From Patescibacteria group bacterium (lineage in GTDB: Bacteria > Patescibacteriota > Patescibacteriia > 2-12-FULL-60-25), in assembly GCA_041752935.1 (NCBI GenBank), contig JBGSVN010000024.1, positions 32,262-96,261 of the forward strand: DNA of 64,000 nucleotides, written 5' to 3'. Positions 33,764 through 43,029 of the stretch are shown here, piece after piece. How positions within the stretch are numbered: the first letter of the stretch is position 1; the number at the start of each line of letters is the position of its first letter. A model generated the notes under the pieces. That model was not told the origin of the DNA and did no database searches. It saw only the letters and a program-made list of their open reading frames with translations. Position numbers and translations under genes: made by a program.

Positions 33764-35953
33764 ATGCCCATCATTTACGATCATGATCATGAGAATGAGA
33801 TAACTTTATTTGCTGAGACCAATTTTAGGAATCAGCGCCGGCGTTTTGGTATTAAAACTGATGATCGGAGAAAGCATATCTATATCGTGGGTAAGACAGG
33901 CATGGGAAAAACTGTCTTGCAGGAGAATATGGTCATGTCCGATATCATGGCTGGTCATGGAGTGTGTTATATAGACCCGCATGGCGATACGGCGGAAAAG
34001 ATTTTGGACTATATCCCTTCTAACCGCATTAATGACGTGGTGTATTTTAATCCCGCGGATTTGGATTATCCGGTAGGTTTTAATATTTTGGAAACCGTTA
34101 AAGATAGTCAAAAACATTTGGTGGCCAGCGGGTTGATGGGTGTGTTTAAAAAGATCTGGCCGGATGTGTGGAGCGCGCGCATGGAATATATTTTACTAAA
34201 CTGCGTCTTAGCCTTGTTGGATTATCCGGGGGCTACTTTGCTGGGCATTAATCGTTTGTTGGTGGATTCGGAATACAGGGCGCGCGTGATTACTAAAATC
34301 AGAGATCCCATTGTAAAAACTTTTTGGGTGGCAGAATTCACAACTTGGAGCGAAAAGTATCAGACCGAAGCCATTGCTCCGATTCAAAACAAAGTGGGTC
34401 AATTTTTATCGGCCTCTATTGTGCGAAATATCGTATCACAAGTTCGTTCGACTATTGATGTACGCGATATCATGGACAATGGCAAAATATTTATTGTTAA
34501 TTTGTCCAAAGGCAGAATCGGAGAAGAAAATATGCGTTTGTTGGGAGGCATGATCATTTCTCGTCTGCAAATGGCCGCCATGGAACGTGTGGATTTACCG
34601 GAAGATGATCGCCGGGATTTTTATTTATTCGTCGACGAGTTTCAGAATTTTGCCAACGAATCTTTTGCTTCTATTTTGTCCGAAGCCAGAAAATATCATC
34701 TCAATCTGACGGTGGCTCATCAGTACATTGAGCAGCTGACCGAAGAAGTAAGAGCCGCGGTTATGGGCAATGCGGGCACCATACTTACTTTTAGAGTAGG
34801 AGGCGCAGACGCAACTTTTTTGGAACAAGAATTTACTCCCACTTTTACGCCTGAAGATTTGGTTAACTTGCCCAAATTCAATATTTATTTAAAACTCATG
34901 GTGGATGGGGTGGCGACCACGCCTTTTTCAGCCACTACTTTGCCGCCCATGGCTGTTTATTCGGGTAATGCGGCTAAGGTTATAGCTGTTTCAAGAGAAA
35001 GATACGCGGTGCCCAGATCCAATATCGAAGAAAAAGTTTTGAGGTGGAGCGGTATGGAAGCGGCGGCTACATTAAGAGGAGCAGAATCCAGCATAGAGGA
35101 AGAGAAAAAGAACTTGGGCGGCTACACACCCAGGGCTTTGCAACAACGGGTTATAACAGATGAAGAAAAAGAAGCTCCTGAGCCCGAATCAGTCGAATAT
35201 TTAAAAATTTCTCCCGAGCGTTTACAGGCCTTGGCCAAGCCTCCTGCTCAGGGCAAGAAGGACAAGCCTAAATTCAGTCATACTTGCAACAGGTGCGGCA
35301 AGGTTTGGGATATGCCCATCCAGTTGGATCCCACCAGGCCCATGTTTTGCGCGGATTGTATGCCTATTGTGCGTGAGGAGAAAAAAACTAAATCTAAGAT
35401 TGTTAAATACAGCCCGGGCGGTGAAAAAAGCGACCCCGTGGAGAAAATTGATAAAAAAGAAGAAAAACCCAACCGGCCCAGGATAGTCGGAGCTTTAGTC
35501 GTTGATCATCATCCTGAACAGGCTCCACCGCGCCGCGCTGAGAATTTGTCTGAACCCCACCAGGCTCATCAGACATTGAGTTTTATGGATGAGCTTAAAA
35601 AAATTAAGAACCGTGCTTTGGAAAATAATAAGCCAAAAGTTGAAAAGACAAACACGCCGGATAACTTTAAAAAGGCTGAACCTGTAATCAAAGATCGTGT
35701 ACCGAAAGATCATGATCAAATAAACCCCGGCGCTCCGTCCAGGCATTTGGGCGTAAAAAGCAAAAAGAATAAACCAAGAAGCATGAGCTCGGACAGGCCG
35801 GTGTCTAAAATGGAGAGTGAAGTCATGCCTGATGAACCACCGCGCACACTGACGGTTTTCAAATCAAAAACAGCTAATAATTCGGCTAAACCGATAAGCG
35901 GGTCGTTTAGTTCTTCGGGTACATTGCGCCCCGGAGAAAGAGTAACTTTTTAG
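33764..35953 (+). CDS. TraG/TraD/VirD4-like (type IV coupling protein-like) P-loop ATPase with a C-terminal CxxC-x17-CxxC zinc ribbon and Lys-rich tail
   Basis: Walker A VGKTGMGKT, DPHGD, Walker B FYLFVDEFQNF, EARKYHLNLTVAHQYIEQL, then CNRCGKVWDMPIQLDPTRPMFCADC and a ~200-aa K/P/E-rich tail. It has no TM segment of its own. Confidence 0.7.
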   Translation: MPIIYDHDHENEITLFAETNFRNQRRRFGIKTDDRRKHIYIVGKTGMGKTVLQENMVMSDIMAGHGVCYIDPHGDTAEKILDYIPSNRINDVVYFNPADLDYPVGFNILETVKDSQKHLVASGLMGVFKKIWPDVWSARMEYILLNCVLALLDYPGATLLGINRLLVDSEYRARVITKIRDPIVKTFWVAEFTTWSEKYQTEAIAPIQNKVGQFLSASIVRNIVSQVRSTIDVRDIMDNGKIFIVNLSKGRIGEENMRLLGGMIISRLQMAAMERVDLPEDDRRDFYLFVDEFQNFANESFASILSEARKYHLNLTVAHQYIEQLTEEVRAAVMGNAGTILTFRVGGADATFLEQEFTPTFTPEDLVNLPKFNIYLKLMVDGVATTPFSATTLPPMAVYSGNAAKVIAVSRERYAVPRSNIEEKVLRWSGMEAAATLRGAESSIEEEKKNLGGYTPRALQQRVITDEEKEAPEPESVEYLKISPERLQALAKPPAQGKKDKPKFSHTCNRCGKVWDMPIQLDPTRPMFCADCMPIVREEKKTKSKIVKYSPGGEKSDPVEKIDKKEEKPNRPRIVGALVVDHHPEQAPPRRAENLSEPHQAHQTLSFMDELKKIKNRALENNKPKVEKTNTPDNFKKAEPVIKDRVPKDHDQINPGAPSRHLGVKSKKNKPRSMSSDRPVSKMESEVMPDEPPRTLTVFKSKTANNSAKPISGSFSSSGTLRPGERVTF

Positions 35954-35957
35954 TTTT

Positions 35958-36638
35958 ATGTCAGAAAAAGTGTCTTTTACAACTTTTGACGGAGTGAAAA
36001 TAGTGGGAGAATGGAGTCCGGCCTCAACTACGGTGGGGGTGGTCATTTTACTTCACATGATGCCCGTAGACCGGCGCTCTTGGACGGCCTTTCAACAGGT
36101 TTTATCCAAACATGGTGTGGCTTCTTTGGCTATTGATATGCGCGGTCATGGGGAGAGTATCAATTCTGATTCAGGCGCCAAACTGGATTATAAGCAGTTT
36201 GATGATGAACAGCACATGCAGACTTTGAATGATGTGCAGGCAGCTTTGGATTGGTTGGAGAAAAAACAATATAGCCAGGATAGGGTGATATTAGTGGGTG
36301 CTTCCATTGGAGCTAATCTGTCTTTATTGATGTTGCGGCAGTCACCGGAATTGGCCGGCGCGGCGCTTTTGTCCCCCGGGGATTATCGAGGTATAAAGGG
36401 CGCCGATGAAGCGCTTTATGTTAAATCGCATCATTGTTTATGGGCCGCGGCTTCGGATGGAGATGATCCCGAATCTTTTCAGGTGGCGGAACAGATAGTA
36501 GAGAAAGCGGCCGCCGATAGAAAGATGTTTGTTCCCTATAAAAATTCAGGCCATGGCATACACTTGTTTACGGCAGATCCCAAGCTAATGGAGTCCTTGG
36601 CCGGTTGGATAAAAGAATCTTTACAAAGAGCAAAATAA
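35958..36638 (+). CDS. alpha/beta hydrolase-fold protein
   Basis: Nucleophile elbow VILVGASIGANL (GxSxG), MRGHGES, and a C-terminal GHGIH. Confidence 0.65.
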   Translation: MSEKVSFTTFDGVKIVGEWSPASTTVGVVILLHMMPVDRRSWTAFQQVLSKHGVASLAIDMRGHGESINSDSGAKLDYKQFDDEQHMQTLNDVQAALDWLEKKQYSQDRVILVGASIGANLSLLMLRQSPELAGAALLSPGDYRGIKGADEALYVKSHHCLWAAASDGDDPESFQVAEQIVEKAAADRKMFVPYKNSGHGIHLFTADPKLMESLAGWIKESLQRAK

Positions 36639-36784
36639 GGTGTGTGAACTAAATTACAATAAACTATTAATCGATCGAATTTGGTTGTTTTTGGTATCGA
36701 TTTAACAGTCTCCATAAAGCTGCTGGGACTTGCGTAATATGTCTGGAGGACATATGATTGGGCATCTTTTGATTCTTATCGTGT

Positions 36785-37801
36785 ATGAACCACAAAAACA
36801 TAGATTTCAGGCTTAATGAGCTAAAAGCTCCAAAATATCGTTTACAACAAGCGCTGCGTTCTTATTATCAAGATTTATTGGAATCTTGGTCTGAGATAAG
36901 TACTTGGCCCAAAGATTTGAGGCTGGAATGTCAATCTTTAGCCTGGTCTCCTCTTAAAATAGCTGAAATTTCAGAAGATGAAAACTCTGCCAGTATTAAG
37001 TTGTTATTGGAGACCGAGGATCAAAAATTTATTGAAACTGTGATTATCAGGCATCAGGACGGCCGGAATACGGTTTGCATCTCATCTCAAGTGGGCTGTG
37101 CCATGGCTTGCGAGTTTTGTGCTACCGGAGCCTTGGGATTTACACGAAATTTGACGGCTGAAGAGATTGTTGACCAAGTGATACAAGCCGCCAGAATACT
37201 CAAAAAACAGGAGGCTAAAGTGACCAATGTGGTTTTTATGGGCATGGGTGAGCCATTCAATAATCCTGACAATGTTTTTGAAGCTCTGCGTTTATTAATG
37301 CAGCCGGAATATTTTGGTTTGGGCGCTCGGCACATTAGCATCTCGACTTGCGGTATCATCCCAGGCATTCAAAGGCTGGCCAAAGAGGCTCCGCAGGTGA
37401 ATCTGGCCATCTCATTGCATGCGCCCGATCAGCTGCTGCGTGCCAGAATAATGCCCGTAGCCAAAGCCTATCCCTTGGAAAGGTTGATGGATGCCATCAA
37501 AGATTATCTGAAGAGAACTAATAGAAAAGTCATGTTCGAGTACGTTATGTTAAATGGAGTTAATGATGATCTTGAACAGGCTGAAAAATTGGTCAAGCTG
37601 GTTGGTCCGCTCAAACAATTGGCGCATATCAATTTGATTAAATATCATGATACCGGGACTTTTAAGGCTACTAATGAGAAACACAGACGAGATTTTTTTG
37701 AATATATTCGTAGAAATGGTGTTTCAATTACTCAACGCATGTCTTTTGGTGAACAGATCAAAGCCGCGTGCGGCCAATTAGCCGGTCAAAATAAGCCATG
37801 A
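36785..37801 (+). CDS. rlmN: 23S rRNA/tRNA (adenine-C2)-methyltransferase RlmN (radical SAM)
   Basis: SSQVGCAMACEFCATG (CxxxCxxC), GMGEPFNN and a C-terminal ACGQL. Confidence 0.9.
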   Translation: MNHKNIDFRLNELKAPKYRLQQALRSYYQDLLESWSEISTWPKDLRLECQSLAWSPLKIAEISEDENSASIKLLLETEDQKFIETVIIRHQDGRNTVCISSQVGCAMACEFCATGALGFTRNLTAEEIVDQVIQAARILKKQEAKVTNVVFMGMGEPFNNPDNVFEALRLLMQPEYFGLGARHISISTCGIIPGIQRLAKEAPQVNLAISLHAPDQLLRARIMPVAKAYPLERLMDAIKDYLKRTNRKVMFEYVMLNGVNDDLEQAEKLVKLVGPLKQLAHINLIKYHDTGTFKATNEKHRRDFFEYIRRNGVSITQRMSFGEQIKAACGQLAGQNKP

Positions 37802-38898
37802 AAGAGCAGAGATTGAAAAAACAAAAAGTACTGGTGGCTATGAGCGGGGGAGTCGATTCCTCGGTTGCGGCCGCCCTGCTTAAAGGGCGGGGTTTTGAAG
37901 TGAGTGGTTGTTTTATTAAAAATTGGTCGCAAACCAAAGATGTTTTCAGCGGGGAATGCAGTTGGAGGTCAGAGCGCAGAGATGCTATGAGAGCCGCGGC
38001 TGTTTTGGGCATTCCGTTTATCACTTTTGATTTTGAGGATCAATACCGGCGCTTGGTCGTGGATGCCATGATTAAAGATTATCAGTCTGGTTATACGCCC
38101 AATCCGGATGTTTTATGCAATGAGTTTGTTAAGTTTGGCATGTTCTGGCAAAAGGCCAAGCGCTTGGGTTTTGGGGCTATGGCCACGGGGCATTATGCGA
38201 GAATCAAATTTGACGGCCCGCGCGCGCGTTTACTTAAAGGTTTGGATAAAGATAAGGATCAGTCGTATTTTCTTTACCGAGTATCCCAAGAGGCACTGTC
38301 GCACGCGTTTTTCCCTATTGGTCACTTAGTAAAGAGCGCGGTCAGAGAAAAGGCTAGGGTTTTTGGTTTGCCGGTGGCGGAAAAACCGGACAGCCAAGGC
38401 ATCTGTTTTATAGGAAAAATAAATTTTCAAGATTTTTTAAAACAGCGCATTAAATCAAAAACAGGCAAGATAATATCAGACAAGGGCGAAGTACTGGGAG
38501 AACATCAGGGTTTACATTTGTATACCATTGGCCAAAGACAGCAGATTAAAATTGCGGGTCAACATGCTTGGTATGTGGCCGGTAAGGACATAAAAAGAAA
38601 TATACTCACCGTGGTTGATTCTGCCGATCATCCCTTGTTGCACTCCAGGCGTTTAACGCTGAACGACGCGCATTGGATCAGCGGCCGGAAGCCGCCTCTG
38701 CCCTCGCTGGTTCAGGTGCAAGTCAGATATCATCAAGCGGGTTCAGCGGCTAAGTTGATAAAAGGCGCTCAACCAGGCGAGATAGACATAGAATTCAGCC
38801 GGCCGGTCAAAGCCGCGGCCATGGGCCAGTCGGCGGTTATTTATAAGGGTTCTGAGTGCTTGGGCGGTGGCATAATTCGTCAAATCCATCATCTGTGA
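37798..38898 (+). CDS. mnmA: tRNA 2-thiouridine(34) synthase MnmA
   Basis: VLVAMSGGVDSSVAAALL (PP-loop), NPDVLCN, ATGHYAR, KDQSYFL and DSQGICFIG. An ATGA overlap joins it to rlmN. Confidence 0.93.
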   Translation: MKEQRLKKQKVLVAMSGGVDSSVAAALLKGRGFEVSGCFIKNWSQTKDVFSGECSWRSERRDAMRAAAVLGIPFITFDFEDQYRRLVVDAMIKDYQSGYTPNPDVLCNEFVKFGMFWQKAKRLGFGAMATGHYARIKFDGPRARLLKGLDKDKDQSYFLYRVSQEALSHAFFPIGHLVKSAVREKARVFGLPVAEKPDSQGICFIGKINFQDFLKQRIKSKTGKIISDKGEVLGEHQGLHLYTIGQRQQIKIAGQHAWYVAGKDIKRNILTVVDSADHPLLHSRRLTLNDAHWISGRKPPLPSLVQVQVRYHQAGSAAKLIKGAQPGEIDIEFSRPVKAAAMGQSAVIYKGSECLGGGIIRQIHHL

Positions 38899-38904
38899 TA
38901 GTAT
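38896..38904 (+). promoter_or_regulatory. extended -10 TGATAGTAT overlapping the mnmA stop, 9 nt upstream of ATG 38914
   Basis: TGn+TAGTAT. No SD lies before the ATG. Confidence 0.4.
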
Positions 38905-38913
38905 ACTTCGATT

Positions 38914-39720
38914 ATGACTGATCAAAGATCCAAAAAATTTCAATGGATTTCTTTGGCTTATCTGATTTTGTTCATGTTGGCTGTTTTTTCGCCTTCTTTG
39001 ATCACCAGAGATTATTTTGGATTTCACGAAACGCACGTGGAAGAATTTTCTATTTTTATTTTTGGTTTCACGGGCATAGCCATTTTCATGTTCTATGAAA
39101 AACTAATGGAAAAAAAGGAAAAAGAAAATCGTGAAATCATGGATGCTTGCGAGCAGGCTAAGAAGGAGCTGGTCTCTTCTTATCGTTACATTGGTTCAGT
39201 TAATCGCCAATTGGATTTGTTGAAGAAGCTAATCAATGACACCAGTGTTTCCATGTATGAACAAGCCAAGTTAAGCAAGGATTTGTTGCATTCTTTGGCC
39301 TCAGCCGCGTCTGTGAGTTTTGGCGGGGCGCCGGCTTTATTGCGGTTTGTGCATTTAGATAAGCTGCGCACTGAAGGAGAGTTTCATTTTCCCAATTATA
39401 AAGATAATAACAACTGGCGCATCGCCAATAAGGAACTGAAGAGGGTGCACGAAGAAAATCGCATCTCTAGATTTGAAAATGGAGATGAGAGCCTGATACT
39501 GGTGCCTTCTGATCAGAGGAGCGGGAGTTTAAAAGCTTTTTTAATTGTTAAAGATATTGATAACCGCACCAGGGATTTCGATCCCAGCGTCTTGAAGGTT
39601 TTTGTTAATCAAGCCGAATTGGTTTTTCGTGATTTACGGCAGGTGGAAAAGAACGGAGACTACTCACCTTTGAGCCATGTTGAAGCCGTGGCCAGGGAGG
39701 CTAAGGGAGTGATTGATTAG
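38914..39720 (+). CDS. membrane protein with a coiled-coil and a soluble C-terminal domain, unknown function
   Basis: 268 aa. Two N-terminal TM helices are followed by a charged helix. No catalytic motif was recognised. Confidence 0.55.
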   Translation: MTDQRSKKFQWISLAYLILFMLAVFSPSLITRDYFGFHETHVEEFSIFIFGFTGIAIFMFYEKLMEKKEKENREIMDACEQAKKELVSSYRYIGSVNRQLDLLKKLINDTSVSMYEQAKLSKDLLHSLASAASVSFGGAPALLRFVHLDKLRTEGEFHFPNYKDNNNWRIANKELKRVHEENRISRFENGDESLILVPSDQRSGSLKAFLIVKDIDNRTRDFDPSVLKVFVNQAELVFRDLRQVEKNGDYSPLSHVEAVAREAKGVID

Positions 39721-39760
39721 GCTTGTTTAAAGTTGGTTTCTTGTATATTCTAAAGAAATT

Positions 39761-41635
39761 ATGCAGAAAAATTTGACCACCGACAATATTAGGCGTTTAT
39801 TTTTGGATTTCTTTAAAGAAAAAGGCCATGCCATCCTGCCGTCAGCTTCGTTAATTCCGGAAAATGATCCTACGGTATTATTTACTACGGCCGGCATGCA
39901 ACCCTTGGTGCCTTATTTATTGGGGCAAGATCACCCTATGGGCAAAAGGCTGGCTAATGCCCAAAAATGTCTGCGAACCGATGATATAGATGAGGTGGGC
40001 GATAATCGTCATCTCACGTTTTTCGAAATGTTGGGCAATTGGTCGTTAGGGGATTATTTTAAGGAGGAATCCATTCAGTGGTCATATGAGTTGTTGACCA
40101 ATGAAAGGTGGTTGGCCATGGATCCTGAACGTTTATACGTGTCTGTTTTTGAAGGCGATAATGATGCTCCGCGAGATGAAGATTCAATTAATATGTGGCA
40201 AGCGCAGTTTGCGGTGCACGGTATGGCAGCCGAAGTCGGTCAGGCCGGCAGTGATTGGCCAACCGGTGAAGCGCATGGCAAACGTATTTTTCCTTATCCT
40301 AAAAAGAACAATTGGTGGGGCCCGGCGGGCCAGACCGGTCCATGCGGTCCGGATACAGAGATTTATTATGACACTCAGCAAGAGCACGACCCGGCCTTTG
40401 GTGAAGTGTGTCATCCGGCTTGTGATTGCGGACGATTTGTTGAGATTTGGAACAATGTGTTCATGCAGTACAATAAGCGGGATGACGGTTCTTACGAACC
40501 TCTAGCACAACGCAATGTTGATACGGGCATGGGTCTGGAAAGAATGGCAGCTGTTCTCCAGGGTTGCTCTACGGTTTTTGATACCGATAAAATGCAGAAT
40601 ATCATCCAAGTACTGAAACAAGTTTTTGGCATAGAATACGGACAAGAAGCGGAAAAAGATAAATCTATCAGGATTATTGTGGATCATTTAAGAGCGGCTG
40701 TGTTTTTGATTGGTGATGCCAGGGGAGTGGTTCCATCCAATATAGGGCAGGGTTATATCGTCAGGCGTTTGATACGGCGTTCGGTCCGTGAAGCTAAAAG
40801 GTTGGGCGTGGAGGTGTTGATTACTCCGGCTGTCTGTCAGGCGGTGATTGAGCAATATAAGGATGAATATACGGAGCTGGAGCAGAACGCGGCTAAGATT
40901 TTGAACGAGGTTAAAAAAGAAGAAGAGAAGTTCAATCTAACTCTGGAAAAAGGTTTAAAAGAGTTCGATAAGATGGCTGAACAGGGGGTTAAAATAACCG
41001 GTGAACAGTCTTTTATGCTATACGCGACTTATGGTTTTCCCATAGAATTGACCGAAGAGCTGGCCAAAGAACGCGGCGGGAGTGTGGACAGGTCTGTTTT
41101 TGAGGTTGAATTTAAAAAGCATCAAGATCTTTCACGGACTGCGTCGGCCGGCACGTTTAAAGGCGGACTAGCCGATCATACGGAACAGACGACCAGACTG
41201 CATACGGCCACGCATTTATTGCATCAAGCATTAAGGTCGGTTTTAGGCACGCGGGTTGGGCAGAAGGGGAGCAATATAACCGAGCAAAGATTGCGTTTTG
41301 ATTTTGTTCACGATAAAAAAATGACGGATCAAGAAAAGGCTGAAGTGGAGGCTTTGGTTAACGCGGTTATAAAGCGTGACTTGCCAGTGGTTAAAGAAGA
41401 GATGAGCGTGGAACAGGCTAAACAAAACGGAGCCATTGGGTTGTTTGAGAGTAAATATGGAGAAAAGGTTAGCGTTTATACGGTTTTAGATACGGAAGAT
41501 CCCAGGGGTTATTATTCCAAAGAGATATGCGGAGGCCCGCATGTGGCCAGAACCGGTGAGCTCGGAGGGTTTAAAATCAATAAAGAAGAGGCGGTTAGCG
41601 CCGGAGTCAGGAGGATAAAAGCTGTTTTAGGGTAG
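39761..41635 (+). CDS. alaS: alanine--tRNA ligase, short form (catalytic + tRNA-recognition + editing domains, no C-Ala domain)
   Basis: FLDFFKEKGH, TTAGMQPLVPY, FFEMLGNWSLGDYFK, FVEIWNNVFMQYN, the editing motifs HTATHLLHQALR and CGGPHV, and an end at ...GVRRIKAVLG. Confidence 0.93.
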   Translation: MQKNLTTDNIRRLFLDFFKEKGHAILPSASLIPENDPTVLFTTAGMQPLVPYLLGQDHPMGKRLANAQKCLRTDDIDEVGDNRHLTFFEMLGNWSLGDYFKEESIQWSYELLTNERWLAMDPERLYVSVFEGDNDAPRDEDSINMWQAQFAVHGMAAEVGQAGSDWPTGEAHGKRIFPYPKKNNWWGPAGQTGPCGPDTEIYYDTQQEHDPAFGEVCHPACDCGRFVEIWNNVFMQYNKRDDGSYEPLAQRNVDTGMGLERMAAVLQGCSTVFDTDKMQNIIQVLKQVFGIEYGQEAEKDKSIRIIVDHLRAAVFLIGDARGVVPSNIGQGYIVRRLIRRSVREAKRLGVEVLITPAVCQAVIEQYKDEYTELEQNAAKILNEVKKEEEKFNLTLEKGLKEFDKMAEQGVKITGEQSFMLYATYGFPIELTEELAKERGGSVDRSVFEVEFKKHQDLSRTASAGTFKGGLADHTEQTTRLHTATHLLHQALRSVLGTRVGQKGSNITEQRLRFDFVHDKKMTDQEKAEVEALVNAVIKRDLPVVKEEMSVEQAKQNGAIGLFESKYGEKVSVYTVLDTEDPRGYYSKEICGGPHVARTGELGGFKINKEEAVSAGVRRIKAVLG

Positions 41636-41708
41636 CGGAACTTGTCATTTTTAGTAAATACTGTATAATTAGCCATAATTATGTGGATAAGCCCATATTA
41701 TATTGTTT

Positions 41709-41939
41709 ATGCATGATAAAAACGCATCAGGAAAGGATTTTTTATCGGTTAAGGGTGTTGTTGAGGAAAATTTGCCCAGTGCAACCTTTAAAGTAAAACT
41801 GGAAAATGGGCATACTATTTTGTGCCATTTATCAGGAAAATTGCGCATGCATCGCATCAGACTGACTCCCGGAGACGAGGTGCAGGTTGAAATTACACCT
41901 TATGATTTGACAAAGGGCAGAATAACCTTTAGATTATAG
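41709..41939 (+). CDS. infA: translation initiation factor IF-1
   Basis: [63 protein letters not shown]. Confidence 0.95.
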   Translation: MHDKNASGKDFLSVKGVVEENLPSATFKVKLENGHTILCHLSGKLRMHRIRLTPGDEVQVEITPYDLTKGRITFRL

Positions 41940-42040
41940 CCCACTTGTACAGCTTTCCCGGCATTTTCCGGAGCGGGCGGGAACAAGGTTAACAATGTTA
42001 ATTTACTAATTATTTAGCCGCTTAGGCGGGCTCGACAAAC

Positions 42041-42157
42041 ATGAAAGTAAGAGCATCAGTAAAACCCATTTGTCGCGATTGCAAGTTGATTCGGCGTAAA
42101 GGCCGGGTGGTTTGTATTTGCAAAAAAAGCCCTAAGCATAAGCAGCGTCAAGGTTAA
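42041..42157 (+). CDS. rpmJ: 50S ribosomal protein L36
   Basis: Not in the ORF track because it is under 60 aa. It reads [38 protein letters not shown] and sits in the conserved infA-rpmJ-rpsM order. Confidence 0.93.
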   Translation: MKVRASVKPICRDCKLIRRKGRVVCICKKSPKHKQRQG

Positions 42158-42162
42158 GCATT

Positions 42163-42549
42163 ATGGCACGTATAGCTGGTGTAGTTTTACCTCAAAATAA
42201 GCGTCTGGTTATTGCCTTAACCTATATTTACGGTATAGGCCCCACCAGAGCATCTTTGATTGTTAAAGCCGCGGGTATTAGCCCTGACGTTAGGGTTAAA
42301 GATTTGAATGATGAGCAAGAGAAGCAGTTGCGCGATGAAGTGGAAAAAAAATACAGAGTCGAAGGTGAACTGCGCCGAGAACGTTTGGGCAATATTAAGA
42401 GATTGAAAGAAATTGGTAGTTATCGCGGGTCCAGGCACATTAAAGCTTTGCCTGTTAGAGGTCAGAGAACCAAATCTAATAGCCGGAGTGTGCGGGGCAA
42501 CGCAAGAAAGACTATGGGATCTGGTAAGAGAAAGCTTGAGAAGACATAA
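42163..42549 (+). CDS. rpsM: 30S ribosomal protein S13
   Basis: [26 protein letters not shown]...GSYRGSRH. Confidence 0.96.
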   Translation: MARIAGVVLPQNKRLVIALTYIYGIGPTRASLIVKAAGISPDVRVKDLNDEQEKQLRDEVEKKYRVEGELRRERLGNIKRLKEIGSYRGSRHIKALPVRGQRTKSNSRSVRGNARKTMGSGKRKLEKT

Positions 42550-42554
42550 AATTT

Positions 42555-43010
42555 ATGAGTACCACGGAAACAACAGCGGTTAAGGCAGCGGAAGCTCCAA
42601 AAGCCGATAAAAAAGTTAAGAAGGCTCCACGGGGCAAAAAAAAGGGTCCTAAGGTCAATAAACAAGTGGCTCATGCCAATGTTTATATCCAGGCCACTTA
42701 TAATAATACCATTGTCACGATCGCGGATTTGAATGGCAATGTCGTATCTTGGTCAACGGCCGGGCACTGCGGATTTAAGGGTCCTAAAAAGGCTACGCCC
42801 TACGCGGCCTCAATGGTAGTCAAGAACGCCCTGGAGAAGGCGGATGCGGCCGGTATCAAGGATGTTAGCTTATATATCAAAGGTGTGGGTCAAGGCAGAG
42901 AAGGGGCAGTTAGAGCTTTTAATATAAATAACATAAACGTAGTCTCCATTAAGGACGTTACTCCCATGGCGCATAACGGTTGCCGAAAGCCACGGCCAAG
43001 ACGTTTGTAA
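42555..43010 (+). CDS. rpsK: 30S ribosomal protein S11 with a Lys-rich N-terminal extension
   Basis: HANVYIQATYNNTIVTIADLNGNVVSWSTAG...KGPKKATPYAA. The first ~35 aa are K/A/P-rich. Confidence 0.95.
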   Translation: MSTTETTAVKAAEAPKADKKVKKAPRGKKKGPKVNKQVAHANVYIQATYNNTIVTIADLNGNVVSWSTAGHCGFKGPKKATPYAASMVVKNALEKADAAGIKDVSLYIKGVGQGREGAVRAFNINNINVVSIKDVTPMAHNGCRKPRPRRL

Positions 43011-43029
43011 TAAATGTTGAAATAATTTT

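Noticed and set aside
40101-40505. 134-aa alternative-frame ORF inside alaS, and a 110-aa ORF inside murC (23743..24075)
   Set aside because: These are embedded in strongly supported conserved CDSs and show no independent signals.
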